From a virus: a DNA stretch of 64,000 bases. Each line of letters starts with the position of its first letter. The stretch's first letter is position 1. This document shows, one piece after another, positions 36,414 to 46,641 of the stretch. The position numbers and the translations under genes were made by a program. The DNA is taken from IMG/VR virus record IMGVR_UViG_3300047362_000301, positions 2,394-66,393 of that record; one strand, given 5' to 3'. The notes beneath the pieces were generated by a model, which searched no databases, was not told the DNA's origin, and saw only the letters and a program-made list of their open reading frames with translations.

Positions 36414-37895
36414 ATGGGACAAATGACTCCTGTGTTTGGAAGTATTATACCTTCTCAACAACAACTAGCGCTACAGAATAACTACTTAGCGTTTAATACT
36501 GGTGGTGCAAATGACTTTGCTCAGCAGTACCTACCTGAAGTTTACGAAGCTGAGGTAGAAAGATATGGAAACAGAACTTTAAATGGTTTCCTTAGAATGG
36601 TTGGCGCTGAAATGCCAATGACGTCTGATCAAGTGATTTGGTCAGAACAAAATAGATTACACGTTTCTTACAACAATGTAAACCAAACTGGTGGTGCAGG
36701 TGTTGCACAATTAGAATTTGCTTTAGGTGGTAACCCAGCTGTATCAAATGCTATTTTTCCAAATGATACAATCGTTGTAATGAACCCGACTACTGGTGTT
36801 ACACTAAAAGGTGTGGTAAGAACAAGTTTACCAGGTGGTATTGGACAAAGAGTTATTGCTTATCCATTTACTGCAGCTAACTGGGATGCTTTAGGAGTTG
36901 GAGCTACAAACCTTAAAATGTTTGTATACGGTTCTATCTTTGCTAAAGGATCTGTTGGACCTGTAGATAATGGCCTAGCGGCTGGATCTTATAAGTCTAT
37001 TCAACCTTCATTTACTCAATATGCAAATAACCCGATTATCATAAAAGATTCATTCCAAATTAATGGTTCTGATATGGCTCAAATCGGTTGGGTAGAAGTT
37101 GCTACAGAAGATGGTACATCAGGATACTTATGGTATCTAAAGTCTGAGTCTGAAACAAGACTAAGATTTGATGACTATTTAGAAATGGCAATGGTTGAAG
37201 GTGAATTAGCTACTGGTGCTGGTGGACAAAGTTTTGCTGCTCAACAAGCTAATATCCAAGGATTTGGAGGCGGTATCAACGCTTACGGATCTGAAGGTCT
37301 TTTTGCTGCTATTCAATCAAGAGGTAATATCATGTCTGGATTCTCAGCTGGTACTGGTCTTTCTGATTTTGATCAAGTACTTAAAAATCTAGATACTCAA
37401 GGAGCTATCGAAGAAAACATGCTTTTCTTAAATAGAGGTCTTGATTTAGATTTTGATGACATGCTAGGACAAATTTCAGGTGGATCTGTAGGCGGAACAG
37501 CTTACGGTTTATTTGAAAACTCTGAAGACATGGCGCTTAATTTAGGTTTCTCTGGTTTTAGAAGAGGTTCTTATGACTTCTATAAAACTAGCTGGAAATA
37601 CTTAAACGATGCTTCTACAAGAGGTGGAGTTGCAGTAAGTGGAATAGAAGGTGTATTAATACCTGCTGGAACATCAACTGTGTATGACCAACAATTAGGT
37701 ACTAACATAAGAAGACCATTCTTACATGTTAGATATAGAGCTTCACAAACTGAAGACAGACGTTACAAAAACTGGATCACAGGATCTGCTGGTGGTGCTT
37801 ACACTACTAACTTAGATGCTATGCAAGTTAACTGGTTGTCTGAAAGATGTTTGGTTACTCAAGCTGCGAATAATTTCGTATTATTCCAAAACTAA
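36414..37895 (+). CDS. Major capsid protein
   Basis: 493 aa after the scaffold; QYLP...ERYGNRT and WSEQNRLH motifs; followed by a strong terminator. Confidence 0.85.
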   Translation: MGQMTPVFGSIIPSQQQLALQNNYLAFNTGGANDFAQQYLPEVYEAEVERYGNRTLNGFLRMVGAEMPMTSDQVIWSEQNRLHVSYNNVNQTGGAGVAQLEFALGGNPAVSNAIFPNDTIVVMNPTTGVTLKGVVRTSLPGGIGQRVIAYPFTAANWDALGVGATNLKMFVYGSIFAKGSVGPVDNGLAAGSYKSIQPSFTQYANNPIIIKDSFQINGSDMAQIGWVEVATEDGTSGYLWYLKSESETRLRFDDYLEMAMVEGELATGAGGQSFAAQQANIQGFGGGINAYGSEGLFAAIQSRGNIMSGFSAGTGLSDFDQVLKNLDTQGAIEENMLFLNRGLDLDFDDMLGQISGGSVGGTAYGLFENSEDMALNLGFSGFRRGSYDFYKTSWKYLNDASTRGGVAVSGIEGVLIPAGTSTVYDQQLGTNIRRPFLHVRYRASQTEDRRYKNWITGSAGGAYTTNLDAMQVNWLSERCLVTQAANNFVLFQN

Positions 37896-37910
37896 GATTG
37901 CTTTAAAGTT

Positions 37911-37946
37911 TATCTCCGTCTTCGGGCGGAGATACTCTTTATTTTA
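37911..37946 (+). terminator. Intrinsic terminator after the capsid gene
   Basis: TATCTCCGTC-TTCG-GGCGGAGATA hairpin (UUCG loop) followed by a T-rich tail. Confidence 0.8.
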
Positions 37947-37967
37947 TTAATTATATTATATTATATC

Positions 37968-38732
37968 ATGTCAAAAACAAAAGAAATAAAAGCCCCTAAA
38001 TGGGAGATAAAAGATAGAAGATACTATCTACTACACGGTAAAGAACCTTTAACATATACTTTAAATTCTAAAAATAGTCTTAGACATCCTTTACTATATT
38101 TTAATGAAGAAGTAGGGGAACAACAAGAATTAAGATATGCAACTAATCAAAATTCTCCACTTGTAAAAGATCAAAAAGGAGAAGTAACACTAGGTCATAT
38201 TATATTTGAAGATGGTGTGTTAGCTGTTTCAAAACAAAAACAAAACTTACAAAAACTATTATCATTATATCATCCAAAAAAAAACATTATATATGCTGAA
38301 TGGGAAGCTGATGTTGTTGCTGAAGATGAATTAGATGATATTAATATTCAACTAGATGCTATGATGGCGGCAAAAGAAATGGATATTGATCACGCTGAAG
38401 CTGTATTACGAGTAGAAGTTGGATCTTCTGTATCTTCTTTAAGTTCTAAAGAATTAAAAAGAGATATTTTGCTTATGGCAAAGAAAAATCCAAAAGCTTT
38501 CTTAGAAATAGCTTCTGATGATAATGTAGGTTTAAGAAATATAGGTATTAGAGCTGTAGAACAAAACATACTTAAACTAGCTCAAGACCAAAGAACTTTT
38601 CACTGGGCATCAAATGATAGAAAGCTAATGACCATACCTTTTGATGAAAATCCATACTCAGCATTAGCTGCATGGTTTAAAACTGATGAAGGTGTTCAAG
38701 TTTTTAAAACAATTAAGAAAAAGTTACAATAA
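37968..38732 (+). CDS. Conserved structural-module protein
   Basis: 254 aa directly after the capsid gene; ELRYATNQ.S motif. Confidence 0.6.
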   Translation: MSKTKEIKAPKWEIKDRRYYLLHGKEPLTYTLNSKNSLRHPLLYFNEEVGEQQELRYATNQNSPLVKDQKGEVTLGHIIFEDGVLAVSKQKQNLQKLLSLYHPKKNIIYAEWEADVVAEDELDDINIQLDAMMAAKEMDIDHAEAVLRVEVGSSVSSLSSKELKRDILLMAKKNPKAFLEIASDDNVGLRNIGIRAVEQNILKLAQDQRTFHWASNDRKLMTIPFDENPYSALAAWFKTDEGVQVFKTIKKKLQ

Positions 38733-38746
38733 TATGTAACTATAAT

Positions 38747-38782
38747 ATAGTGAAGGGTCACTTATGTGGCCCTAATCACTAT
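38747..38782. terminator. Intergenic hairpin
   Basis: ATAGTGA.GGGTCAC-TTAT-GTGGCCC..TCACTAT stem-loop between ORFs. Confidence 0.45.
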
Positions 38783-38798
38783 TAATTAAAATATAAAA

Positions 38799-39785
38799 AT
38801 GGCAATAAACGTAAATACTGTATATCAAACCGTTTTATTAATATTAAACAAAGAACAGAGGGGTTACATGACACCTGTTGAATTTAATAAAATAGGTGCT
38901 CAATGTCAACTAGAAATATTTGAAACATATTTTGATAGTTTAAATCAGCAGATACGTATTCCACAAACAAATACAGATTATGCAGATAGAGTCGTAAATC
39001 TTGATGAAAAAATCTCTATATTTAAAGAATTTATAAACGTTACATCTATTTCTTCAAGTAACGTTTTTAACTTACCACAACAAATAGGTCATAACAATGG
39101 TAAATCATCTGTTATAGGTATGGTTACAGTACCAGCTGCAACCGCAGGTGCTACTACTCAATACGCTATTGGCACAGTAGGAGGTGTAGTAGGAGCAGAT
39201 ACTATAACTGCAGCGCAAGCTCAAAATGGTATAATACAAATATTTGGAAATGGTAGTTTAATAACTGATGCAGAATATGCTATAAATGGAATTAATATTG
39301 ATTTTTATTCTCAACCAACAACAGGTTTAACTCTTTTAACTAATTATTATCCTAAACAATTTTATAGATTAGGACAAGTACTTTACAACGCTGGTGGAAC
39401 TAAACCCACAGAAGAACTTCAAAGAGTTGATAGAGGGGAATTATATCATTTGCTTAGTTCTAAACTAACAGCACCAACAGCTTCTTACCCAATATATACT
39501 TACGAAAACAATCAAATAACAGTTTATCCAACTACTATAACCAGTGGTTTATCGTTAAGTTATATAAGAAAACCTATAAATCCTTCTTGGAATTTTACAT
39601 TAGGAAGCGGTCAATCGTATTCTTTTAACGAATCTTCATCATTTAATTTTGAATTGCATTCAGCTGATCAAACAGAGTTAATATTAAAAATATTATTATA
39701 CGCTGGTGTTGTAATTAAAAGTCCTGAAATAGTGCAAGTAGCCGCACAACAGGTTGCACAAGAAAATATAAATCAACAAAGATAA
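38799..39785 (+). CDS. Head-tail adaptor/ring protein
   Basis: VY..VL.ILNKEQRGY.TP.EFN and YIRKP..P.W motifs; position in the tail module. Confidence 0.65.
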   Translation: MAINVNTVYQTVLLILNKEQRGYMTPVEFNKIGAQCQLEIFETYFDSLNQQIRIPQTNTDYADRVVNLDEKISIFKEFINVTSISSSNVFNLPQQIGHNNGKSSVIGMVTVPAATAGATTQYAIGTVGGVVGADTITAAQAQNGIIQIFGNGSLITDAEYAINGINIDFYSQPTTGLTLLTNYYPKQFYRLGQVLYNAGGTKPTEELQRVDRGELYHLLSSKLTAPTASYPIYTYENNQITVYPTTITSGLSLSYIRKPINPSWNFTLGSGQSYSFNESSSFNFELHSADQTELILKILLYAGVVIKSPEIVQVAAQQVAQENINQQR

Positions 39786-39791
39786 TAAATT

Positions 39792-41225
39792 ATGCCTATA
39801 CCTAATGGTGGTTTAATAACCGAAACTAACAGACAATATTACGCTGGATCACAGCAGTTTACATCAGATGGTAATGCTAATCAAACATTTACTAGCACAT
39901 TTAATACTGATCTAGTTGTTGGAACTGGTAATTATTCTGATCCAGCAACAAATGGTTATAATTTAAATAATTTTAAAATATTCACTAGCACTAACGCTAG
40001 TTTGTGGACAGAGTTAACGCCAGCTAATACAGATGTAGACGCTTTATCAAGTGGTGCTAGTGCAGCTGGTCAAACTAATTTAACTATTGTAGCTAATACA
40101 GCGGCTACTGGAGGCAATGTTTTTGCTGTTGTAAATAAATCAACTGGTTTTAATTATGGAACTATAGTTTCAAAAACAAATAACCTTGGTGTAGATACAC
40201 TTGTAATGAGTCAAAATTTACCAGTTGGCGGTGTACCAAACAATACTCAATTAAGTATTAGAAGAGTTACAACGTGGACAATGTCAAGTCCTAATGTAAT
40301 CACAATACCTCAGCTTTTAGCTTTAAATAGTTATGTAAAAATACAATTAAACGAAAATACATTAGATAATGTACATGGTGATTATGAATATACTAGACTT
40401 GATGATGTTATTAATAACTTTTTAATTGCTTACGTTGGGCCTGGTAAACTTATATCTAGTGTAAAAAGAACCGATGTAATTTTTCACGCTAGAAGAGGAT
40501 TACAAGAATTTAGTTATGATACATTAAAAAGTGTTAAGTCATCAGAGCTTACAGTGCCTAACAGTTTGAGTTTAACAATACCTCAAGACTATGTTAATTA
40601 TGTGAAATTATCATGGGTTGATGAATTAGGTGTTTTACATACTATATACCCTACTAATAATTTAAATCAAAGCCCTTATTATACATTTTCTCAAGACGGT
40701 GATGGTAACCCTATACAAGACAGTAATGACAGTAACACAGAGGTTACTTCACAAATAGATGCTACATGGGATAAAACTGATCCTAGATACATAAGTGGTG
40801 GTTTTAAAAATGATTTAAACAACGCAAATGTTTTAGACAGAAGTGTTTATAGTAGTGCATTAGGTCAAAGATACGGTTTAGAACCACAAACAAGTCAAAA
40901 GAATGGTTGGTTTAAAATAGATCAAAGAACTGGTACATTTAATTTTACTAGCAACTTAGCTAACAAATTAATATTATTACAATATATATCAGATGGTAAT
41001 GCTTATGATCTTGACGCAAGAATACCTAAGTTAGCAGAGGAAGCTTTATATTCTTATATAACACATGCTATATTATCTGTTTCGTCAGGTGTTCAAGAAT
41101 ATATTGTAAGAAGATTTAAACAAGAAAAAAGTGCTAAATTAAGAAATGCAAAAATTAGATTATCTAATCTTAAACTTGATCAAGTTATTCAAGTAATGAG
41201 AGGTAAATCTAAATGGATTAAATAA
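39792..41225 (+). CDS. Tail ring/tubular protein
   Basis: FHARRGLQEFSYD, PQDYVNYVK, YISDG, PKLAEEALY; N-terminal inserted beta domain. Confidence 0.65.
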   Translation: MPIPNGGLITETNRQYYAGSQQFTSDGNANQTFTSTFNTDLVVGTGNYSDPATNGYNLNNFKIFTSTNASLWTELTPANTDVDALSSGASAAGQTNLTIVANTAATGGNVFAVVNKSTGFNYGTIVSKTNNLGVDTLVMSQNLPVGGVPNNTQLSIRRVTTWTMSSPNVITIPQLLALNSYVKIQLNENTLDNVHGDYEYTRLDDVINNFLIAYVGPGKLISSVKRTDVIFHARRGLQEFSYDTLKSVKSSELTVPNSLSLTIPQDYVNYVKLSWVDELGVLHTIYPTNNLNQSPYYTFSQDGDGNPIQDSNDSNTEVTSQIDATWDKTDPRYISGGFKNDLNNANVLDRSVYSSALGQRYGLEPQTSQKNGWFKIDQRTGTFNFTSNLANKLILLQYISDGNAYDLDARIPKLAEEALYSYITHAILSVSSGVQEYIVRRFKQEKSAKLRNAKIRLSNLKLDQVIQVMRGKSKWIK

Positions 41226-41231
41226 TAATAC

Positions 41232-44200
41232 ATGGCAGAAATTAAAAATAGTTTTCTAAGATCCAAGATGAATAAAGACTTGGATGATAGATTAATACCT
41301 AACGGTGAATATAGAGATGCGCAGAATATATCTGTAGGTAAATCTGAAGCTGATGACATAGGTGCTTTAGAAACTGTTTTAGGTAATACTCTTGCAACTA
41401 ATTTTGGTTTAAGTGGTTTTGAAGTTATAGGTTATAAAACTATTGACAATACAAACACTATTATAGTTTTTTTAACAAATAACACTGATCATTATATTTA
41501 TAGCTATACACCTAATACTACGCCTGTTTTATTAGTTAGTGGAGCTTTTTTAAATTTCTCAACAAGTTATCCAATAAGTGGTATAAGCGTAATAGAGGAA
41601 TTATTATTTTGGACAGATAATTTTAATCAACCAAGAAAAATAAATATAACTACAGCCACTACCTTTCCAAATACATATTATAGAGAAGAAAATCATATTT
41701 CTGTAGCTAAATACAATCCCTACCAACCAATAGGTTTGTTAAGTAAATTATCAAAAACAACATCTGGACTTGCTAGTGACGTATTAACTCTTTCTGATAC
41801 TACAGGTATAACTAAAGGGATGTCAGTTGTAGATTACACTAACAGTACTTTAGGACCAGAAGATTATGTATATGTTTTAGACGTTACTTCAGCAACTACA
41901 GTTCAAATAAAAATACCTACAGGTCACACTATATCTGGTGTTTCAAATGGTGATACAATATATTTTTTACAAACAACAATGACTGGTGAAGATATTACTT
42001 TTGATTTTAACGGAGGTAATGATTGGCCTGGTGATCCAGATTACTTAGAAAGTAGATTTGTAAGATTAAGTTATAGATTTGAATTTGATGACGGAGAATA
42101 TTCTTTAATAGCACCATTTACTCAAATAGCTTTTATTCCAAAGCAAAAGGGTTATTATCTTGGTAGTGGTGGTGTTTCAGCTACCGCTGAAGACGAAAAT
42201 GAAGCTTATAGAAGTACTATAGTAGAATTTATGGAAAATGGTGTTCAAAACATAGAACTTTTAATTCCTTTTCCAGATACATTAAATAATGTTCAACCAA
42301 CACAAGATGCGTCTTATAAAATAAAGTCAATAGATATATTATACAAAGAATCTGATGCTCTAGCTATAAAAGTCGTTGATTCTATAGAATATAACGAACT
42401 TAATGAAAATGGAAACGCTTGGACATCTACAAGCGATACTAATATTTATACTTATAATTATCAATCAAGAAAACCTTTTAGAACACTTCCAACAGTTCAA
42501 ACAACTAGAGTATATGATAAAGTCCCTGTTACTGCTTTAGCCCAAGAAACAGCTGGTAATAGAATAATATATGGTAATTTTAAAGACAAGTATACGTCAC
42601 CTGAAGTTATTGACTATATAGTCGGTGTAGGTCCTAAATCATTAGCTAAAGACTATGATAATTGGATAGAATACCCTACTCACTCTGTAAAACAAAATAG
42701 AAATTATCAAGTAGGTTTTGTTCTTGTAGATAAATTTGGTAGACAATCAGACGTTGTTTTATCAGGTGTAAAAACAGAATCTACAACAGCTTCTGACGGT
42801 ACAGTTTATGGTGGTGATACTATTTATAATCCATACAATAGTACGACAACAAATATTAAAGAATTATTTGGTGATTCTTTAAAAATAGATATAGTTCAGC
42901 CTATAAGTGTAAATGTAGATACAGAATTAGGTACACCTGGTTTATATGCTAACACTGGTACTGGTTATAATACATATAACGCTAATATAATATATCAACC
43001 GACTATAAATAACAATACATATGTTTTTAATCAAGGAACAGGTCAAAATGAAATACCAACAGTCGGTTCTTTTTTAGAAGGTGAATTCACGGATTATGTA
43101 AAAGTTTTAAATGTAGCTAGCTCTGTTGAAAGCACTACTAGTTCTGATAACACTGCTGGTGGATCAACAACAGCATTAGTATTAGTAACCGGTAACGCTA
43201 ATATAAAAGTGGGAATGATTGTAACTGGTGGTGGTTTACCCGCTGGAGTTACTATTACTACAGTAACAGATTCTCAAAATTTTGTATTAAGCTCAACTCA
43301 AAATATTCCAATAAATTCTTCTTTAACTTATTCTATTACTGAATATACTATTACAACAGATGGTCAAGTAAGTTCTATATATTTACAACAATCTCCTACT
43401 AATCCTGATGTAAAATATAAATACAGCATCAACCCTACTGGTTGGTATTCTTATAAAATAGTTGTAAAACAACAAGAGCAAGATTATTATAATGTATATT
43501 TACCTGGTATATTAAATGGTTATCCTGAAATAAAACCAGGTAGTGGTGTGCCTTTTCCTTTAAACGAAGACAATAAAACAGCTAACATTGTTTTAATAAA
43601 TGATAATATAAATAAAGTTCCTAGAGATTTATCTGAAGTTGGTCCTGATCAAAAACAATTTAGAAGTTCAGTACAGTTATACGGTAGAGTAGAAAATGCT
43701 TTTGATACGAATAACGTGCCATCTAATAGACAGTATTTTCCTGGAATAAAATCTAATACAGCCATAAGTATAAGTACAGCAGATGATTCTAATATGGAGT
43801 TTAACAATCTAAGTGCTGAAGGTCAAGCTAATTTATATCAAATAGATACTAATCCTTTGATAGCTAGGCTTTCTACTCTTACACCAATAGGTGTTGGTAG
43901 CAGTACTGTTGTTGCATCAAACATGACACCATTTTTAGCTATATACGAAACAGAACCTCAAGATTCTTTGCTAGATATATTTTGGGAAACACCCACTGTA
44001 GGCTTAATATCAACTTTAAATGATGCAATAAACTCTGAGTATGATGGTGCTGTTGGATGGTCTACGTATAATTCAAATAATTTTAACGAACTTGATTCAG
44101 GTGATTTTTTAACAGGGTTATCTCCAACCGATCAATCAGGAGCTAATCTAACTAATACTTCTACTGTTATTAATCAAGTTGTAGATGGTAATGGAAACGA

Positions 44201-45026
44201 TGTTACAGGGCAATTTAGTATTACAAGAACTGGAGCTGGAACGCTAGGTAATCCTTATTTATATAACTTTGGAAAAGTAGGAACTAATTTTGTTTATAAT
44301 CATGATATTAATCCTAGAAATTATACAATAAAAACAGTTATAACTAATCTTACACCTAATCCCGATGTGGTTTCATCAATTGTAGATATTGATATTTCTT
44401 TACAAAATAAACCACCTATTATAAATGGTGGTAGTGCTTTACCGGCTATAAACAATGTTAATCAAGATTTTGAAGGAACTTTAGCGACTATAGCAGGTGA
44501 AAATGGAGCTGCAGATGCATCATTAAAATTACAAGAGTTAAAATGGAGTATTACAGCTGGTAACTCTGCAGGGTATTTTTCTATTAATGAAACAACTGGT
44601 ATTTTAAGCAAATCAGGAACTGGTGCGACGGCTGCAACATATACTTTAACAATAAAATTAGAAGATACATTTAACAACACTAATACAGCTAGCGGATCAC
44701 TAAGTGTTACAGCCACTCAACAAATAACAATAACCTCATCTATTATAGGAACAGCATTTCAAGCATCAGGAGTTACAGTGTTTAACGGTACTTGTAATGT
44801 AAATGGTCAAGTAAGCCCCGATTGTGGAACTGTTACTTATTATAATCAAACAAGCTCATCGCCTACAGTTGGTGATGAAATAAGAACAGGACCTAACGGT
44901 GCTAGTTCATCGCTTGCTTTGTCAGGTTTTTATTCTTATAACTGTAGCAACACAGGTGTTAATAATAGAAATTATTATCAAATAATAGGTAGCGATGGTG
45001 TAATAGATGTGGTAGGTACATGTTAG
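41232..45026 (+). CDS. Tail nozzle/stabilisation protein, N-terminal part, with C-terminal cadherin/Ig-like domains
   Basis: MNKDLDDRL.PNGEYRDA.N, LFWTDN.NQPRKIN, GNRIIYGN, DKFGRQS; WSITAGN..GYFSIN..TG cadherin-like repeat. Confidence 0.75.
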   Translation: MAEIKNSFLRSKMNKDLDDRLIPNGEYRDAQNISVGKSEADDIGALETVLGNTLATNFGLSGFEVIGYKTIDNTNTIIVFLTNNTDHYIYSYTPNTTPVLLVSGAFLNFSTSYPISGISVIEELLFWTDNFNQPRKINITTATTFPNTYYREENHISVAKYNPYQPIGLLSKLSKTTSGLASDVLTLSDTTGITKGMSVVDYTNSTLGPEDYVYVLDVTSATTVQIKIPTGHTISGVSNGDTIYFLQTTMTGEDITFDFNGGNDWPGDPDYLESRFVRLSYRFEFDDGEYSLIAPFTQIAFIPKQKGYYLGSGGVSATAEDENEAYRSTIVEFMENGVQNIELLIPFPDTLNNVQPTQDASYKIKSIDILYKESDALAIKVVDSIEYNELNENGNAWTSTSDTNIYTYNYQSRKPFRTLPTVQTTRVYDKVPVTALAQETAGNRIIYGNFKDKYTSPEVIDYIVGVGPKSLAKDYDNWIEYPTHSVKQNRNYQVGFVLVDKFGRQSDVVLSGVKTESTTASDGTVYGGDTIYNPYNSTTTNIKELFGDSLKIDIVQPISVNVDTELGTPGLYANTGTGYNTYNANIIYQPTINNNTYVFNQGTGQNEIPTVGSFLEGEFTDYVKVLNVASSVESTTSSDNTAGGSTTALVLVTGNANIKVGMIVTGGGLPAGVTITTVTDSQNFVLSSTQNIPINSSLTYSITEYTITTDGQVSSIYLQQSPTNPDVKYKYSINPTGWYSYKIVVKQQEQDYYNVYLPGILNGYPEIKPGSGVPFPLNEDNKTANIVLINDNINKVPRDLSEVGPDQKQFRSSVQLYGRVENAFDTNNVPSNRQYFPGIKSNTAISISTADDSNMEFNNLSAEGQANLYQIDTNPLIARLSTLTPIGVGSSTVVASNMTPFLAIYETEPQDSLLDIFWETPTVGLISTLNDAINSEYDGAVGWSTYNSNNFNELDSGDFLTGLSPTDQSGANLTNTSTVINQVVDGNGNDVTGQFSITRTGAGTLGNPYLYNFGKVGTNFVYNHDINPRNYTIKTVITNLTPNPDVVSSIVDIDISLQNKPPIINGGSALPAINNVNQDFEGTLATIAGENGAADASLKLQELKWSITAGNSAGYFSINETTGILSKSGTGATAATYTLTIKLEDTFNNTNTASGSLSVTATQQITITSSIIGTAFQASGVTVFNGTCNVNGQVSPDCGTVTYYNQTSSSPTVGDEIRTGPNGASSSLALSGFYSYNCSNTGVNNRNYYQIIGSDGVIDVVGTC

Positions 45027-45054
45027 TAATAATGTGATAAAATAAGTGATAATA
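45026..45054 (+). promoter_or_regulatory. Class II promoter-like motif (copy C)
   Basis: GTAATAATGTGATAAAATAAGTGATAATA, 5 nt before the ATG at 45060. Confidence 0.55.
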
Positions 45055-45059
45055 AAACC

Positions 45060-46631
45060 ATGGCAATAATAGAAGTAAAATATTTCAATACTTTTTTAAA
45101 TAAAAAGATTAAATCTATTGTAGATGCTACAACAAAACCTGTAGCGCCTTTTGCTAATGTACCAGGTGACTATACAACAAGTGCTGCAGATGATTGGTAT
45201 GTAGAAGAATCAAGAATTAGAGGAGGTTATAATAACACTACTGTTGATTTTGGTGTTAAAGCTTATTTAGATGAAGAAAATAATAAACAACAAAATAGAT
45301 TTAACGCATTAATATATTCTGGAGTATTTAACTCTAGAACTGGTGTTAATGACACTAATCAATTTTCTGTTGGTGAAGACATAACTAAAGCTACAGACCC
45401 TGCAAATGGATCAATACAAAAACTATACGCAGAAGACACTAATTTAATTATATTTCAAGAAAATAAAGTTAGTAAAGCATTAATAGATAAAGATGCTATA
45501 TACTCAGCAGAAGGTTCAGCTGCTGTAACATCTACACAACTAGTTATAGGCCAAATAGTATCATACGCAGGTGAATATGGTATATCAAAAGATCCTTTTA
45601 GTTTTGCTGTATATGGATATAGAAAATATTTTACAGATCAAAAAAGAGGTGTTGTTTTAAGATTATCAAGAGACGGTATAACAGAAATATCATCTTATGG
45701 TATGCATGATTACTTTAGAGATAAATTAAAAACGGCAGGTACTGGTAAAATAGTTGGTGCGTGGGATAATCATAATAAAAATTATATAGTATCTATATCA
45801 ACAGATCGAACTGGAACTGGACAAGTAGGTGAAAATGGACAAGCAGCTGCTCCTGTTGGTAATGATATTACCGTTACTTTAAACGCTCAGATTGGTAATA
45901 TTCAAGCTGGTGATAAAGTTTACAAGTACACAGCTTCTGGTCAAATAACAAGTGAGTACTATGCTACTATAACCTCTGTTATACAAACAACTAATCCAGC
46001 TAAATTTATAGCTAATGTTTATAATCAAATACCAGCTTTACAACCTATAATATGTTGGACTGAATCAACAGTAACCGCTAGCTTTGATGAAAGCGTTTTA
46101 GGTTGGACAAGTTTTTTTAGTTATGAACCTACGTTTATTACTAGTTTAATTAGTGATTTTTATAGCTTTTTTAGCGGTAGAGTTTATTTACATAACTACG
46201 GTAATTACGGTAAATATTATGGTATTAATAACGATTCTAACGTTACAGTAATATTAAACAGAGAGCCATCTATGGTTAAAAACTTTAAAACTATAAATTA
46301 TGAAGGTGCTGATGGTTGGGAATTACAAAGTTTTGAAGCTAGTTCTGGAGACATTTCTTTACCTATAAGTAAATATGTTTTTCAAACTAATTTAAGTGCA
46401 TTAGAATCAAATATATTTGCTAATAGTTTTAAAAGAAAAGAAAATAAGTTTTTTGCAAACTTAATAAATAATTCATCAGCTACAAGCGGTGAAATACTTT
46501 GGGGAGCATCATCTACTGGTTTAAAAGGTTTTTGGTCAACAGTAAAAGTTAAACTAGTAAACACTGATTATCCAACAACTAAAAAAGAATTATTTGCAGT
46601 ATCAACAGATATTGTAGAATCATCATATTAA
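45060..46631 (+). CDS. Tail nozzle/stabilisation protein, C-terminal part (beta-propeller-like)
   Basis: GSIQKL, GEYGIS..P.SFA.YG...YFTD..RG.VLRLS.DGITEIS, GWTSF.SY, K.FKTINYEG. Confidence 0.7.
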   Translation: MAIIEVKYFNTFLNKKIKSIVDATTKPVAPFANVPGDYTTSAADDWYVEESRIRGGYNNTTVDFGVKAYLDEENNKQQNRFNALIYSGVFNSRTGVNDTNQFSVGEDITKATDPANGSIQKLYAEDTNLIIFQENKVSKALIDKDAIYSAEGSAAVTSTQLVIGQIVSYAGEYGISKDPFSFAVYGYRKYFTDQKRGVVLRLSRDGITEISSYGMHDYFRDKLKTAGTGKIVGAWDNHNKNYIVSISTDRTGTGQVGENGQAAAPVGNDITVTLNAQIGNIQAGDKVYKYTASGQITSEYYATITSVIQTTNPAKFIANVYNQIPALQPIICWTESTVTASFDESVLGWTSFFSYEPTFITSLISDFYSFFSGRVYLHNYGNYGKYYGINNDSNVTVILNREPSMVKNFKTINYEGADGWELQSFEASSGDISLPISKYVFQTNLSALESNIFANSFKRKENKFFANLINNSSATSGEILWGASSTGLKGFWSTVKVKLVNTDYPTTKKELFAVSTDIVESSY

Positions 46632-46641
46632 ATTAAATTAA

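Noticed and set aside
35180-37967. TTATATTATATTAT-type runs before the scaffold and 37968 genes as a third promoter class
   Set aside because: Low-complexity AT runs directly before ATG are more simply explained as unstructured translation-initiation regions.
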